A stretch of 64,000 nt of DNA from Caldisericales bacterium (GTDB lineage: Bacteria; Caldisericota; Caldisericia; JAAYUI01), in NCBI GenBank assembly GCA_022707885.1, contig JAKIZT010000001.1, positions 2,990-66,989 on the forward strand. Direction: 5' to 3'. The notes under the pieces were generated by a model. It had not been told where the DNA came from and searched no databases. It saw only the letters and a list, made by a program, of their open reading frames with translations. Position 1 is the stretch's first letter. Each line of letters opens with the position of its first letter. This document shows positions 41,476-51,776 of the stretch, piece by piece. The position numbers and the translations under genes were made by a program.

Positions 41476-42004
41476 TATAAAAAAGCTTGCCGGAATATAC
41501 CTCCACTGTGAGACCCTCACAGACATACCGAGATTTGGGTATCTTCTCTCCGGAGTAGTTTCCCCGGAGCCAGTTTCATCTCACTCCTATAATGTTTCTG
41601 TGCTTGTCCTTTTGCTCTCTGACCATGTACCAGGCATTTTAAAAGAAAAAGCTCTTGAGCTGGCACTTGTCCATGACATTCCAGAAGCCCTGCTGACCGA
41701 CTTGCCTCTTTGCGCAAAGGAATTTATTGACAAGGAAAGCGCAGAGAAAAAAGTGTCCGACAAAATTTTTGGGAGCTCCCAAAAATTACAGGCACTGTTT
41801 GGGGAATATATCAAGTGCGAGTCGCTGGAGTCAAGGTTCGTAAAAGAATGCGACACACTCCAGATGCTCTGCCGTGCCTCAAGATACAAGAGAATGGGTC
41901 GTGGAGACATGTCCCGCTTTTTTGAAAGACAAAACAATTTTGAATTTGAAATTATCTCTGAATTTTTAGAGGCCTTCAGGCTTCTTGACGATCAGTCACA
42001 ATAA
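41465..42004 (+). CDS. HD-domain hydrolase (YfbR-like 5'-deoxynucleotidase family)
   Basis: The HD-domain segments HSYNVSVL and LALVHDIPEALLTDLP are present. Confidence 0.7.
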   Translation: MRDDIKKLAGIYLHCETLTDIPRFGYLLSGVVSPEPVSSHSYNVSVLVLLLSDHVPGILKEKALELALVHDIPEALLTDLPLCAKEFIDKESAEKKVSDKIFGSSQKLQALFGEYIKCESLESRFVKECDTLQMLCRASRYKRMGRGDMSRFFERQNNFEFEIISEFLEAFRLLDDQSQ

Positions 42005-42019
42005 CATAAAATCATTTTT

Positions 42020-43540
42020 GTGTTCTCGTCTGTGCAAAGCGTAACATTGGAGGGACTCAAACCACTCAAGCTCCGTGTTGAGGTAGATATTACGGGGCAG
42101 GCTTTGCCTTCTTTCAATATAGTTGGGCTACCCGATGCCGCGGTTTCCGAGGCAAGGGAGAGGGTGCGCTCTGCAATAAAAAACTCCGGTTTTGCCTTCC
42201 CGATCAAACGAATAACGGTTAACCTCGCCCCAGCCGATCTCAAGAAAGAGGGTTCAGGGTTTGACCTGCCAATAGCCCTCGGCATACTTGCCGCGTCAAA
42301 CCAGATACCTGTCGAGTCTCTTGATGGCAAGACATTCCTGGGAGAGCTGTCTCTTGATGGCGCACTGCGCTCCGTCCCCGGGGTCCTGCCGATAGCCATA
42401 GCACTCTCCGGGACTGAAGAAACACTTATGGTCCCAAAAGACAACGTTGCCGAGGCCTCCATTTTCAATGTTGAAGTTGTCGGAGCTGACAATCTGCAAG
42501 ACATAGCATTGCATCTTTCCGGGGAAAAACCGTTGCAGTCAATAAAAATGAGGAAGGTCGATTTCACCGATTCCTTCCTCGAATATCCGGTTGACATGTC
42601 CGAAGTGAAAGGCAATGCAATGGCCAAGAGGGCGCTGGAAATCGCAGCATGCGGGAGCCACAACGTGCTGATGATGGGGGCACCCGGTTCCGGAAAAACA
42701 ATGCTTGCAAAAAGATTGCCATCAATCCTGCCGCCACTCACCTTTGACGAGGCGGTCGAAATCAGCCAGATATACTCGATTGCGGGACTCCTCCCGCCAA
42801 AAGAAGGCCTCATAACAAAAAGACCCTACAGATCACCACACCACACTGCATCACCTGCTGCAATCATCGGTGGTGGCTCAAATCCGATGCCAGGTGAAAT
42901 AAGCCTTTCACATGGCGGTGTTCTGTTTCTGGATGAATTGCCTGAATTCAAGAGAGACGTTCTTGAGGTGCTCAGGCAACCAATGGAAGATGGCGAGGTG
43001 ACTGTTGCCAGAGTAAGGCAAACGGTTACTTACCCATCAAGGTTCCTGCTTGTGTCAGCAATGAACCCCTGCCCGTGCGGATACTATGGTGACAGAACAA
43101 AACCATGCACCTGCGGCATTTCATCAATCAGAAAATACCAGTCGAGGATCTCCGGTCCACTCCTTGACAGGTTTGACATATATCTTTCGCTCTCAAGACT
43201 TCTCCCGGAAGAGCTTTCAGGTACGCAACCGGGTGAAAAGAGTGCAACAATAAGACAGAGGGTTACAGATGGCAGAAAAATGCAGACCGAGCGCTACAAG
43301 AATCTTGGAATACACTGTAATGCACAGCTCTCATCAAAACAGATAAAAGAATTTTGCAGGCTTGGGGCAGACGAGGAGTCTTTCCTGAGGCTCGCTTGCG
43401 AAAGGATGAACCTGACTGCAAGGGGTTATGACAGGATACTCAGGGTCTCCAGGACCATCGCCGACCTGGCCGGTTCAAAAGAGATTAAGACTCCCCATAT
43501 TGCAGAAGCTGTCCAGTACAGGGAAAATCTGATGGTATGA
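42020..43540 (+). CDS. comM: YifB/ComM-family Mg-chelatase-like AAA+ ATPase
   Basis: An N-terminal Lon-like domain, a Walker A motif (GAPGSGKTM) and a C-terminal ChlI-like domain are present. Confidence 0.85.
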   Translation: MFSSVQSVTLEGLKPLKLRVEVDITGQALPSFNIVGLPDAAVSEARERVRSAIKNSGFAFPIKRITVNLAPADLKKEGSGFDLPIALGILAASNQIPVESLDGKTFLGELSLDGALRSVPGVLPIAIALSGTEETLMVPKDNVAEASIFNVEVVGADNLQDIALHLSGEKPLQSIKMRKVDFTDSFLEYPVDMSEVKGNAMAKRALEIAACGSHNVLMMGAPGSGKTMLAKRLPSILPPLTFDEAVEISQIYSIAGLLPPKEGLITKRPYRSPHHTASPAAIIGGGSNPMPGEISLSHGGVLFLDELPEFKRDVLEVLRQPMEDGEVTVARVRQTVTYPSRFLLVSAMNPCPCGYYGDRTKPCTCGISSIRKYQSRISGPLLDRFDIYLSLSRLLPEELSGTQPGEKSATIRQRVTDGRKMQTERYKNLGIHCNAQLSSKQIKEFCRLGADEESFLRLACERMNLTARGYDRILRVSRTIADLAGSKEIKTPHIAEAVQYRENLMV

Positions 43541-44448
43541 AAACAATTTTCATTGGCTCTGGCAATTTTGCAAAAACCATCCTCGAGTTTCTCTCGGAAA
43601 ATCATGAAGTCTGCCTTGTGGTTACAAGGCCCGACGCAAAAAAGGGCAGGGGCCAGAAAGTGGTCTCCTCGGTCATATCCGAATTTTGTGCAAGCAAAAA
43701 CATCCCCTGCTACTCCCCGGAATCCATCAACTCCGATGAACCAGTAGAAACTTTAAAAAATACTTCAGCTGATATTGCCGTCCTGGCTTCTTACTCCGAA
43801 ATACTGTCGCCTCAACTCATCGATGTGTTCCCAAAAGGGATACTGAATATCCATCCATCACTGCTCCCAAAATACAGGGGAGCGGAGCCGATAAGATGGG
43901 CGATCAGGAAATGTGAAAAGGAAACCGGCGTAAGCCTGATGCTCATCTCAAGCAGGCTCGACAGGGGCAACATCATTGCTTCAGAGGCAATTGCAATAGA
44001 AGGCACGGATGATTTTGGTTCTCTTGCAGAAAAGCTGGCCATACTTTCCGTTTCAATGCTTCCAGGGGCGATTGAAAAATTGGAACAAGGTTTTGAAGGA
44101 GAACCACAACCCCAGGAAAAAACATTTTATGCAAGAAGACTGAGGCCAGAAGACGAAATTATCAACTGGAACAAAACAGCTTTTGAGTTGTCATGTCATA
44201 TAAGGTCAATGTCACCCGATCCCGGCTGCTACACGGTGCTTGATGGCAAAAGAATAAAACTTTTTGGCCCCAAAGTAGTTGAAGGCAACGGGCAGCCGGG
44301 AGAAGTGCTTGTCTCGAAAAAAACGTTAATAATCGCCTGCAAGGAAGGAGCACTGGAATTTGCAAAATGCCAGAAAGAGGGAGGGAAATTACTTGATACC
44401 CGCGACTTCCTGGCATCAGGTTTAATAAGGCAGGGACTGGTTTTTTAA
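43537..44448 (+). CDS. fmt: Methionyl-tRNA formyltransferase
   Basis: An N-terminal formyltransferase domain (NIHPSLLPKYRGAEPI) and a C-terminal domain are present. Confidence 0.8.
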   Translation: MKTIFIGSGNFAKTILEFLSENHEVCLVVTRPDAKKGRGQKVVSSVISEFCASKNIPCYSPESINSDEPVETLKNTSADIAVLASYSEILSPQLIDVFPKGILNIHPSLLPKYRGAEPIRWAIRKCEKETGVSLMLISSRLDRGNIIASEAIAIEGTDDFGSLAEKLAILSVSMLPGAIEKLEQGFEGEPQPQEKTFYARRLRPEDEIINWNKTAFELSCHIRSMSPDPGCYTVLDGKRIKLFGPKVVEGNGQPGEVLVSKKTLIIACKEGALEFAKCQKEGGKLLDTRDFLASGLIRQGLVF

Positions 44449-44490
44449 CCTGTGTTGACTAAATGACCTCTACGGGTAAAATAAAACAAA

Positions 44491-45246
44491 ATGAGATACG
44501 GCATAATTTCTGACATACACGCCAACATCGAAGCATTAAATGTTGTGCTCGCCTCACTGGAGAAAGAAAACGTTGATGAAATAATCTGTTGCGGGGACAT
44601 TGTCGGGTACAACGCAAATCCAGATGAGTGCGTTGCAAAAATAATAAACCTTGGGGTCAGGGCAATAATGGGCAATCATGACAAGGCGCTCATAGAACCC
44701 TCTGAGGAAAGATACTTCAATCAATATGGCCTCTCTGCAATCAGGTGGCAGAGAACACAGGTAACTCCCTCACATCAGAAATTCATAAGCAATTTGCCAA
44801 TGAAGCTGAAAATACCAGGACCAAACTCGCATGATGGTTTCCAGGTCGCCCACGGCAGCCTTGATTCATCCGCACCATTCGAATACATAGCTTCACCAAT
44901 GGAGGCCGTCAGACTCTCAGAAATAATGAGTTCAAATATATGCTTTATCGGGCATTCCCACATATCCGGTGTCTTTTCAATAAAGGGCCATGATGATATT
45001 GAGTACCAAAGGGGCTCTTATGGCCTGGAAATATCGCTTGAGCCTGGCATCAAATATATAATAAACGTTGGTTCGGTTGGCCAACCAAGAGACAGAAATC
45101 CGCAGGCAAGCTATGCCATTTATGACACAGACATGAGAAAAGTCACAATAAAGAGGGCAGACTACGATATTGAGGCAACCGTTGCAAAAGTAATGGAGGC
45201 TGGACTTCCGCTTTTCCTCGCCGACAGGCTGAGGATAGGCTGGTAG
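44491..45246 (+). CDS. Metallophosphoesterase (calcineurin-like)
   Basis: Four metallophosphoesterase motifs are visible: ISDIHAN, GDIVGY, GNHD and GHSH. Confidence 0.75.
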   Translation: MRYGIISDIHANIEALNVVLASLEKENVDEIICCGDIVGYNANPDECVAKIINLGVRAIMGNHDKALIEPSEERYFNQYGLSAIRWQRTQVTPSHQKFISNLPMKLKIPGPNSHDGFQVAHGSLDSSAPFEYIASPMEAVRLSEIMSSNICFIGHSHISGVFSIKGHDDIEYQRGSYGLEISLEPGIKYIINVGSVGQPRDRNPQASYAIYDTDMRKVTIKRADYDIEATVAKVMEAGLPLFLADRLRIGW

Positions 45247-45267
45247 AGTATTGACATAGGAATCATA

Positions 45268-46074
45268 ATGGCTATAATACGTCCCGCCATGAAAAGGTAT
45301 GCAATTTACAGTTTGGCGCTAGTTTTCTTACTCTTGTCGATAACGGTTGCTACAACCCAGGAGCAATCGCGTACAATTGTAATGAAAATCGGTGAAAAAA
45401 CTGCGACTGTGGATGACAAATCGGTCACGCTGCAGCCAGCACCAACAATAATTGAGGAGAGGACGGTTGTTCCACTCCGCTTCCTTATTGACAACGTTTT
45501 CCCGAAAGATGGTTCCTCTGTCGACTACGACACAAAGGAAAAGAAAATAACAATCACGATCCCGGACATATCGGTCCTCAAGGCAGAAAATCTTTCTCTT
45601 CAGGAAGAAAATCGCAAGCTCAAACAGGCTCTTGCTGATTGTATCAAAAATGCTGAAGAAGGCGGCGGCGGTTCAACCGAAAATCTTGTCCCGCCAATAA
45701 AATTCTCCAAAAATGGTGTTGATTTTACGCTCGTTGCAATCGTCAAGGAAAAAAACAACCTCAGACTGGACATCAAGATATACAACAAGCTTGAAACAAA
45801 AGTCAGGTTCCCGGCTTCACTCACAAAAATGATTGTTGGTCAGGAAAAACTTCAAGCTTCAGACTGGGACCCGATTTTCTCAAGCGACATACCATCTGGT
45901 GCTGAAAGATCAGGCTGGGTCAGGCTCCCCTTGAAAACTCTGACTGGAGTGGCCACATTTGAATTCACTGTCTGGCCAAAAGATGTTCTTCTGTATTATA
46001 CCTTCCAGCTCAAGGTAAACCTTGACCAGGCCATACCAACTTCAGTGCCTCCCTCAACGTCCCTGCTGAAATAA
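45268..46074 (+). CDS. Secreted protein with copper amine oxidase N-terminal-like (stalk) domain and coiled-coil
   Basis: A signal peptide precedes RTVVPLRFLIDNV and a LKAENLSLQEENRKLKQAL coiled-coil. The 3' end overlaps the radA 3' end by about 65 nt. Confidence 0.45.
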   Translation: MAIIRPAMKRYAIYSLALVFLLLSITVATTQEQSRTIVMKIGEKTATVDDKSVTLQPAPTIIEERTVVPLRFLIDNVFPKDGSSVDYDTKEKKITITIPDISVLKAENLSLQEENRKLKQALADCIKNAEEGGGGSTENLVPPIKFSKNGVDFTLVAIVKEKNNLRLDIKIYNKLETKVRFPASLTKMIVGQEKLQASDWDPIFSSDIPSGAERSGWVRLPLKTLTGVATFEFTVWPKDVLLYYTFQLKVNLDQAIPTSVPPSTSLLK

Positions 46075-47351
46075 TCTCCAGACCCTCAATATCAGGCTTG
46101 TCCTGGTTTGGCACCAACACAGTTTTAAGCCCCAAAGCATTTAGTTCTTTTAATTTTGTTCCCAATTGGCTGACAGGGCGTATTTCACCAGTAAGTCCAA
46201 CTTCGCCGACAAAAGCCACGCCCTCAGGCACCTTTCTGTCCATAAACGAAGACACAAGCGCAAAAGATATGGGAAGATCAAGTGATGGCTCGTCAGAATC
46301 CAGACCGCCAACAAGGTTTACGTAGCAATCCAGCTTCCCCAGCGGGATGGAGGCCCTTTTTTCCAGGACAGCCAGAAGCATCAGCGCCCTGTTCATGTTG
46401 CAGCCGGTCACCACCCTCCTTGGGGAAGGATAGTATGTTGGCGCCACAAGCGCCTGGACTTCAAGCGCTATTGGTCTGTTTCCTTTTGAAACGGCGGTTA
46501 TTGCCACCCCAGGGACATTCTCGTTCCTGACAAGTGACTGCCTGTCTGCCGCCCTGAAACCGCCCTCAGTCATTTCCATCAAACCAACTTCATCCGTAGC
46601 ACCAAAGCGGTTCTTAACACCATGCAATATCCTTAGAGTCGAATATCTTTCACCCTCAAGATAGCAAACCACATCAACAAGATGCTCGAGGGTCTTTGGT
46701 CCTGCAATGTTGCCCTCTTTTGTCACATGGCCAATGAGAAAAGTTGTGACAGAATGTTTTTTTGAGAACTCTACTATCTTTCTGGTCGCCTCCCTCAGCA
46801 TGTTTGGCCCACCAGGGGTGCCAGCATCTTCGAGCATTATTGTCTGGACTGAATCAATGAACAGTGCTTTTGGTAGATTTTCTGAGGCCTCGTTCAGGAT
46901 TGCGTCAAGATCTGTCTCAAAAACCAGCGAAATGCCAGAATCTGTTGCCCCAATGCGTTTTGCCCTCATTGATATCTGTTTTGGGGATTCTTCACCAGAG
47001 CAATAGAGGGTGCTTTGGGAAGTTTTTGCGTAGCTGTTTGCCACTGCAAGCATGAGCGTGGATTTGCCAACACCTGGTTCTCCTCCAATGAGAACGACTG
47101 ACCCCTGGACAACACCACCACCCATGACCCTGTCAAATTCTGTTATACCAGTTTCAATCCTGTTTTCTTCGGCAAGAGAAATGGCCTCCACCTCAATGTC
47201 TTTGCATTTGGAGGAGTCCTGTGGGAACACTTCTTTCTCTTCAAATGTTCCCCATGCTCCACATTCAGGACATTTTCCAAGCGGTTTCGTGCTTGAATAT
47301 CCGCAGTTCGAACAGGCATAGCTTATCGTTTTTTTGGCCACATTCTGGATT
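46010..47351 (-). CDS. radA: DNA repair protein RadA/Sms
   Basis: A Zn ribbon (CSNCGYSSTKPLGKCPECGAW), a RecA-like Walker A motif (GGEPGVGKSTL) and a C-terminal Lon-like domain are present. The ORF-track N terminus (575 aa) extends over the riboswitch. The likely start is GTG about 47351 (VAKKTISYAC...). Confidence 0.85.
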
Positions 47352-47394
47352 GTATGTTGGCATTCAATCTTGACAAGGACCAACGCAAGGCTAG

Positions 47395-47545
47395 ACTCGA
47401 CCATGCAAAGGCAGCGGAAGCCGGTGAGAATCCGGCGCGGTCCCGCCACTGTAAGCGGCAAGTCTGGGGAAATCCACTGGGCAACCGGGAAGGAAACCCC
47501 GCAAGACGCCAAGCCGCAAGCCAGGAGACCGTCTTTGCGAAAACC
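47395..47545 (+). promoter_or_regulatory. Cobalamin (B12) riboswitch
   Basis: The conserved core GGTGAGAATCCGGCGCGGTCCCGCCACTGTAAGC and a B12-box-like AAGCCAGGAGACCGTC lie upstream of btuF. Boundaries are approximate. Confidence 0.8.
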
Positions 47546-47558
47546 CGAGGAGGTAAAT

Positions 47559-48380
47559 ATGAAAAAGATATTGTCTGTTTTGTTGCTGGCGTTCATGCTC
47601 TGCTCTTGTGGAGTCCAGCCGGCCCAGCCTTCTGCCAGTGCTCCGGAGAAGATTGTCTCCCTTTCACCAAACATCACGGAGATAGTGTATTTTGTCGGTG
47701 CAGGCGACAGGCTTATTGGGAGGACCTCATGGTGCAACTATCCTCCGGAAGTCGCCAAAGTGGAGAGTCTCGGTGACCCATATGCACTGAAAACAGAGCG
47801 CATAGTTGAGCTTTCACCGGATGTCGTCCTTGTAAACAGGCTCATTCCGCTTGATGTCATAAACAAGATAAAATACTCCGGGATAAGGGTCGAGACCTTC
47901 GATCCGCAAACCATAAACGATGTTCTGGAAACAATAGACAAAGTTGCAGACATCTGCGGTCTGCCGACCAAGTCCCAGGAGCTCGGGCCAGAAATCAACT
48001 CGCTCCATAAACAGACACCAGAAGGCAGCAAAAAACTGGTCTATCTCGAAATATGGGACAATCCGCCAACAACATTTGGCAAGAACTCGCTTGGCGCCGA
48101 CATGGTGAGATGGGTTGGCGCAGAGAATGCTGGCGACAGACTTGAAGGCGATTTCCCTACGCTTTCAGAAGAAGCAATCGCCGGTCTTGACCCAGAAGTG
48201 ATCATCGTTCCGGAATCATACAAAAAAACAGTTGCCGAAATCGTTAAGAGGCAAGGTGTTGCCAGGACCAGAGCCGCCAAAAACGGTTCCATACACATAA
48301 TGAATGACGACCTTTTGATGAGGCCAAGCCCAAGGGTGCTGGATGCACTGAAGATAATCTCGCAGATTGTCGGCAAGTGA
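47559..48380 (+). CDS. btuF: Cobalamin/siderophore-type periplasmic binding lipoprotein
   Basis: A lipobox (LLAFMLCSCG) and a class III PBP fold pattern are present. ATG 47559 follows the RBS GAGGAGG. Confidence 0.75.
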   Translation: MKKILSVLLLAFMLCSCGVQPAQPSASAPEKIVSLSPNITEIVYFVGAGDRLIGRTSWCNYPPEVAKVESLGDPYALKTERIVELSPDVVLVNRLIPLDVINKIKYSGIRVETFDPQTINDVLETIDKVADICGLPTKSQELGPEINSLHKQTPEGSKKLVYLEIWDNPPTTFGKNSLGADMVRWVGAENAGDRLEGDFPTLSEEAIAGLDPEVIIVPESYKKTVAEIVKRQGVARTRAAKNGSIHIMNDDLLMRPSPRVLDALKIISQIVGK

Positions 48381-49378
48381 AACAAACCAGAATAATACTG
48401 TTACTCGTTTTTGCCCTGTTTCTGGTGATGTTTGTCGGGCTCCTCTTTGGTTCTTCAGGCATCGGCCCGATTGATGCAATAAAAGCGATAGCAAGCATTC
48501 TTGGTTTTGGTGATTCCCCAGAAACCCACACGAGGATAATCCTTCTCATGAGGCTTCCAAGAATGCTTGTGTCTGTTCTCTCCGGGATGGCTCTGGGGCT
48601 TGCCGGAGCACTCTCACAAACGCTCTTCAGGAACGACCTTGCAGACCCGTACATTGCAGGCATCGGTTCAGGTGCAATATTTGGGGTCAATATCGCGCTG
48701 CTCTCAGGCGCCAGCCTGACCATCCTGGGGTTTTCCACGGTCTCCATTTTTGCGTTCGCCGGTGCGGTTCTCGCCTGCCTGATAATATGGTTGCTTTCGG
48801 GAAGAACGGGTAGCACAGGCACCAGCCTCGTTCTCGCAGGCGTTGCACTCTCGTTTGTGTTTGCAGGGCTGAACTACATCATTGTGGTGCTGGGCAGGGA
48901 CATCCTCCAGAAGACGTTCTTCTGGAGTTACAACGGCCTTTCCAGCTCATCCTATACGGGGGTCGTATTCCTGGCCATTGCTGTCACCATATCGATTGTC
49001 ATGCTCACAGGGCTCCCAAGAAAGATGGACGCTTATCTGCTCGGTGACGAACAGGCCACTTATCTTGGCGTAAACCCCGTCAAGCTCAGGTCAATGATGT
49101 TTGTAATTGTCTCGCTTCTGACAGGCATGGCAGTCACAACTGCCGGATTGATGGGTTTTGTGGGTCTCATAACACCTCACATCTCCAGAAGGATTGTTGG
49201 CGGAGAATCCAGATATGTCGTTCCATGCAGTATCCTATTGGGTGGAATAACACTGGGTCTTGCCGATGTGGTGGGGAGATCGATAATGCCGTTCCAGGAG
49301 GTCCCGGCTTCGGTCATCATGAACATAGCCGGCGGCCTGTTCTTCTTTTATCTCGTATCAAGGAAACCATCATGGTAA
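48377..49378 (+). CDS. btuC: FecCD-family ABC permease
   Basis: A 333-aa protein with about 9 TM helices. It has a GTGA overlap with btuF. Confidence 0.8.
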   Translation: MKQTRIILLLVFALFLVMFVGLLFGSSGIGPIDAIKAIASILGFGDSPETHTRIILLMRLPRMLVSVLSGMALGLAGALSQTLFRNDLADPYIAGIGSGAIFGVNIALLSGASLTILGFSTVSIFAFAGAVLACLIIWLLSGRTGSTGTSLVLAGVALSFVFAGLNYIIVVLGRDILQKTFFWSYNGLSSSSYTGVVFLAIAVTISIVMLTGLPRKMDAYLLGDEQATYLGVNPVKLRSMMFVIVSLLTGMAVTTAGLMGFVGLITPHISRRIVGGESRYVVPCSILLGGITLGLADVVGRSIMPFQEVPASVIMNIAGGLFFFYLVSRKPSW

Positions 49379-50070
49379 CAATCAAAAACCTGAAGGCCGG
49401 GTATGGGAACAAAATTGTTATTGATGACGTGTCATTTGATGTTGAAAGCTCAAAGCTTGTTGGCCTCATGGGGCCCAATGGATCAGGCAAGTCGACCATA
49501 ATAAAGGCGTTCTTTGGCATCGCAAAAACCTTCTCGGGCAACATATCAGTGCTTGGGAGGAACACAAACAGCTACATGCTCGACGAGCTGTCAAAAACAG
49601 TTGCAGTCCAGAGGCCAGTAAAACCCGGAACAATCAAGCTCCCACTCTCTGCTTATGTGTCACTTGGGTTGCCTGTGCCAGATGAAAACAGGCTGGACAA
49701 TATTTTGCAGGACTTTGACCTTGTGGCATTCAGAAACACCCCTATTTCAGACCTTTCCGACGGCACACTGCAAAGGGCATCGCTTGCCCAAACTGTCATC
49801 AGGGACCCGAAGGTTTACCTTCTGGACGAACCTACGGCCCACCTCGACCTGAAATATAAGGTCAAAACTTTTGCAGAGATAAAGAAAAGGCTTGGGCCAC
49901 AAAACTGTGCTCTTGCCGTTGTGCATGACACATCACTGGCAAGGGCCTTCTGTGACTGGACAGTCTTTCTGAAAGACGGCAGGATTTTCTGGCAGGGCAA
50001 CCCGGAAGATATAACCCAGGAGCTGTTGAGGTCACTCTTTGACCTTGAAGATAACCAAATTCTTTTATAG
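49372..50070 (+). CDS. btuD: ABC transporter ATP-binding protein
   Basis: A Walker A motif (GPNGSGKST), the signature LSDGTLQR and a Walker B motif (VYLLDEPT) are present. It overlaps btuC. Confidence 0.8.
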   Translation: MVTIKNLKAGYGNKIVIDDVSFDVESSKLVGLMGPNGSGKSTIIKAFFGIAKTFSGNISVLGRNTNSYMLDELSKTVAVQRPVKPGTIKLPLSAYVSLGLPVPDENRLDNILQDFDLVAFRNTPISDLSDGTLQRASLAQTVIRDPKVYLLDEPTAHLDLKYKVKTFAEIKKRLGPQNCALAVVHDTSLARAFCDWTVFLKDGRIFWQGNPEDITQELLRSLFDLEDNQILL

Positions 50071-50082
50071 AATCCAGAATGC

Positions 50083-50193
50083 CTTCGGGGATGGGTGAAA
50101 TTCCCTATCGGCGGTAAAGCCCGCAAGCAAGGCAAGGCCTTGCAGATCCGGTGAAATTCCGGGGCCGACGGTAAAGTCCGGATGAAAGAAGGT
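50083..50193 (+). promoter_or_regulatory. FMN riboswitch (RFN element)
   Basis: CCTTCGGGGATGGGTGAAATTCCCTATCGGCGGTAAAGCCCGCAAGC...CCGGTGAAATTCCGGGGCCGACGGTAAAGTCCGGATGAAAGAAGG matches the RFN consensus, with P1 formed by CCUUC/GAAGG. Downstream, CTCTTCTTTCC can pair with the RBS GGAAAGGAG. Confidence 0.85.
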
Positions 50194-50240
50194 CTCTTCT
50201 TTCCGTATATTTTCCCCGACTTGGCGGAAAGGAGCACTAC

Positions 50241-50789
50241 ATGAAAAGGTTGTCTGTAAAAACCATCACAATTATCGGAGTTTTGTCGTGTCTTTCGTTT
50301 TTGGGGATGTTGATCCAAATTCCATTCTGGGTGGATCCAATTCTAAAGTTTGATTTTTCCGAGATTTTTTGCCTTCTTGGAACATTCATGCTTGGGCCGG
50401 TTGCCGGTATCTTGATTATCGCAATCAAAGATATATTGCGTCACTTCCTTGTAACACCCGACGCAATAGGTCTTACGGCAAATTTTATTGCATTGTCAAC
50501 ATTCTGTCTTGTTTCCTATGCGGTCTTCAAGCCATTTTCAAAAAACAAAAACTATTTGATATGGTTTGGTGTCGCATTGCTCATTGGTGTTGTTGCCAGG
50601 GCATTGATCATGCTTCCAACAAACGAGATTTCAATAAGACTGTATGGTCTTAATCCTCAAGGATGGGGCAAATTTATTTATTATAGCGCCCCTTTATTCA
50701 ACTTGATCTCTGGAACAGTATCATCGATAATCATGATACCTTTTTATTCTTTCTATAATAAGAATTACATTGCAGCCAAGGAGGAATAG
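50241..50789 (+). CDS. ribU: ECF-transporter S component, RibU-like riboflavin transporter
   Basis: A 182-aa protein with 5 to 6 TM helices, immediately downstream of the FMN riboswitch. Confidence 0.7.
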   Translation: MKRLSVKTITIIGVLSCLSFLGMLIQIPFWVDPILKFDFSEIFCLLGTFMLGPVAGILIIAIKDILRHFLVTPDAIGLTANFIALSTFCLVSYAVFKPFSKNKNYLIWFGVALLIGVVARALIMLPTNEISIRLYGLNPQGWGKFIYYSAPLFNLISGTVSSIIMIPFYSFYNKNYIAAKEE

Positions 50790-50795
50790 CAGCAA

Positions 50796-51776
50796 TTGAT
50801 TACACTCGGCCTTGAGGAAGAGGTTTTTGTAACAGAACCCCTTCTTCCAACAACACGCTCCCTGTACTATCTGGCAAAGCTCCTGTGGAAAAAACCCTCC
50901 AGAAACTACCACCTCACCGCATCAAACTTTGCAAGAGGAAAAGATCTCAAGTATGGCATGATGAGCGGCCTTGAGGTGGCCACTGACATCTGCCATTCGC
51001 CACTGGAGGTCATAACCCAGCTTCGGGAACTGAGGGCCGAATTGTCAAAAATCGCAATGGGATACATCGTTCCGTTGGGGCATCTTATCCAGATTGATGC
51101 CCCAACGAACGTTTGCGCCCTGCAAATCCATATCGGCGGGTCAGAAGACATAGAGCGAACCTATGATAACATCGCGCACTTCCTGCCAGCCATCATGCTC
51201 ATGACCGCAAACGCACCGTTCCGGATGGGAGAAAGGTTCGGGCAGTCCTACAGGCTGGCCGTCGGTTATGCAACAGGGCCACTCACCGGCGACAGATTCT
51301 ACCGTTTTCAGGACCTTATCATCAGCAAGAGGCTTGGAACAATAGAGGTCAGGGCACTTGATCCGGTCACATGCACAAGCAGGATAAAATATGTTCTGGA
51401 TGCTGTTTATGCGCTTGCGCAAACAAAAGACCGTTACCCGCTGGACCTCGAGAGATACAAGAAGCTCAGAGCGCAGGTCATAACAAACGGCGCAAATTCC
51501 GAAATTGTCCAGCTTGCACGCGACCTCAACAAATATTGCAATTTTCCAGTTGAGCTAATTCAGAACACCCAGTCGGACACCACTGCCAAGATGTACGAGA
51601 AGTATGGGCTTGAAGAAACCTACAGACACATTGATTCACTCTACAGAGTAGATGGCATCCACTATAAAAAACCGTCTTCATTTGTCGGAAAGTTTATCCA
51701 GCCAGCCGCAGGTTTTCTGGGTTACTATGCACCAAAATTCCCATACGTCACATACAAATGGTTGAAGGAAAAGTAA
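50796..51776 (+). CDS. GCS2-family carboxylate-amine ligase (YbdK-like)
   Basis: The N-terminal TLGLEEEVFV and C-terminal GTIEVRALD segments parallel YbdK TLGIELE and GTVEVRVMD. The start is TTG after AGGAGG. Confidence 0.6.
   Translation: MITLGLEEEVFVTEPLLPTTRSLYYLAKLLWKKPSRNYHLTASNFARGKDLKYGMMSGLEVATDICHSPLEVITQLRELRAELSKIAMGYIVPLGHLIQIDAPTNVCALQIHIGGSEDIERTYDNIAHFLPAIMLMTANAPFRMGERFGQSYRLAVGYATGPLTGDRFYRFQDLIISKRLGTIEVRALDPVTCTSRIKYVLDAVYALAQTKDRYPLDLERYKKLRAQVITNGANSEIVQLARDLNKYCNFPVELIQNTQSDTTAKMYEKYGLEETYRHIDSLYRVDGIHYKKPSSFVGKFIQPAAGFLGYYAPKFPYVTYKWLKEK

Noticed and set aside
41992-42813. 273-aa minus-strand ORF antisense to comM. The same applies to 14041..14670 in pmbA, 22681..23208 in the ABC-F gene, 24674..25225 in nuoB and 1042..1533 in the rSAM gene.
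   Set aside because: All lie entirely within well-supported genes on the opposite strand and lack motifs or RBS.
47352-47737. N-terminal 130-aa extension of the RadA ORF, and the 47334 start of the btuF ORF
   Set aside because: Both run across the cobalamin riboswitch. RadA orthologs start MAKK... immediately before the Zn ribbon, which here is VAKKTISYAC with GTG near 47351. BtuF has an RBS and a lipoprotein signal at ATG 47559.
50083-50193. The repeated GGTGAAATTCC...CGGCGGTAAAG blocks, initially read as a tandem or second cobalamin riboswitch
   Set aside because: The two half-repeats with GGATGAAAGAAGG closing a CCTTC P1 stem are the characteristic internally duplicated architecture of the FMN riboswitch (RFN), not a B12 element.
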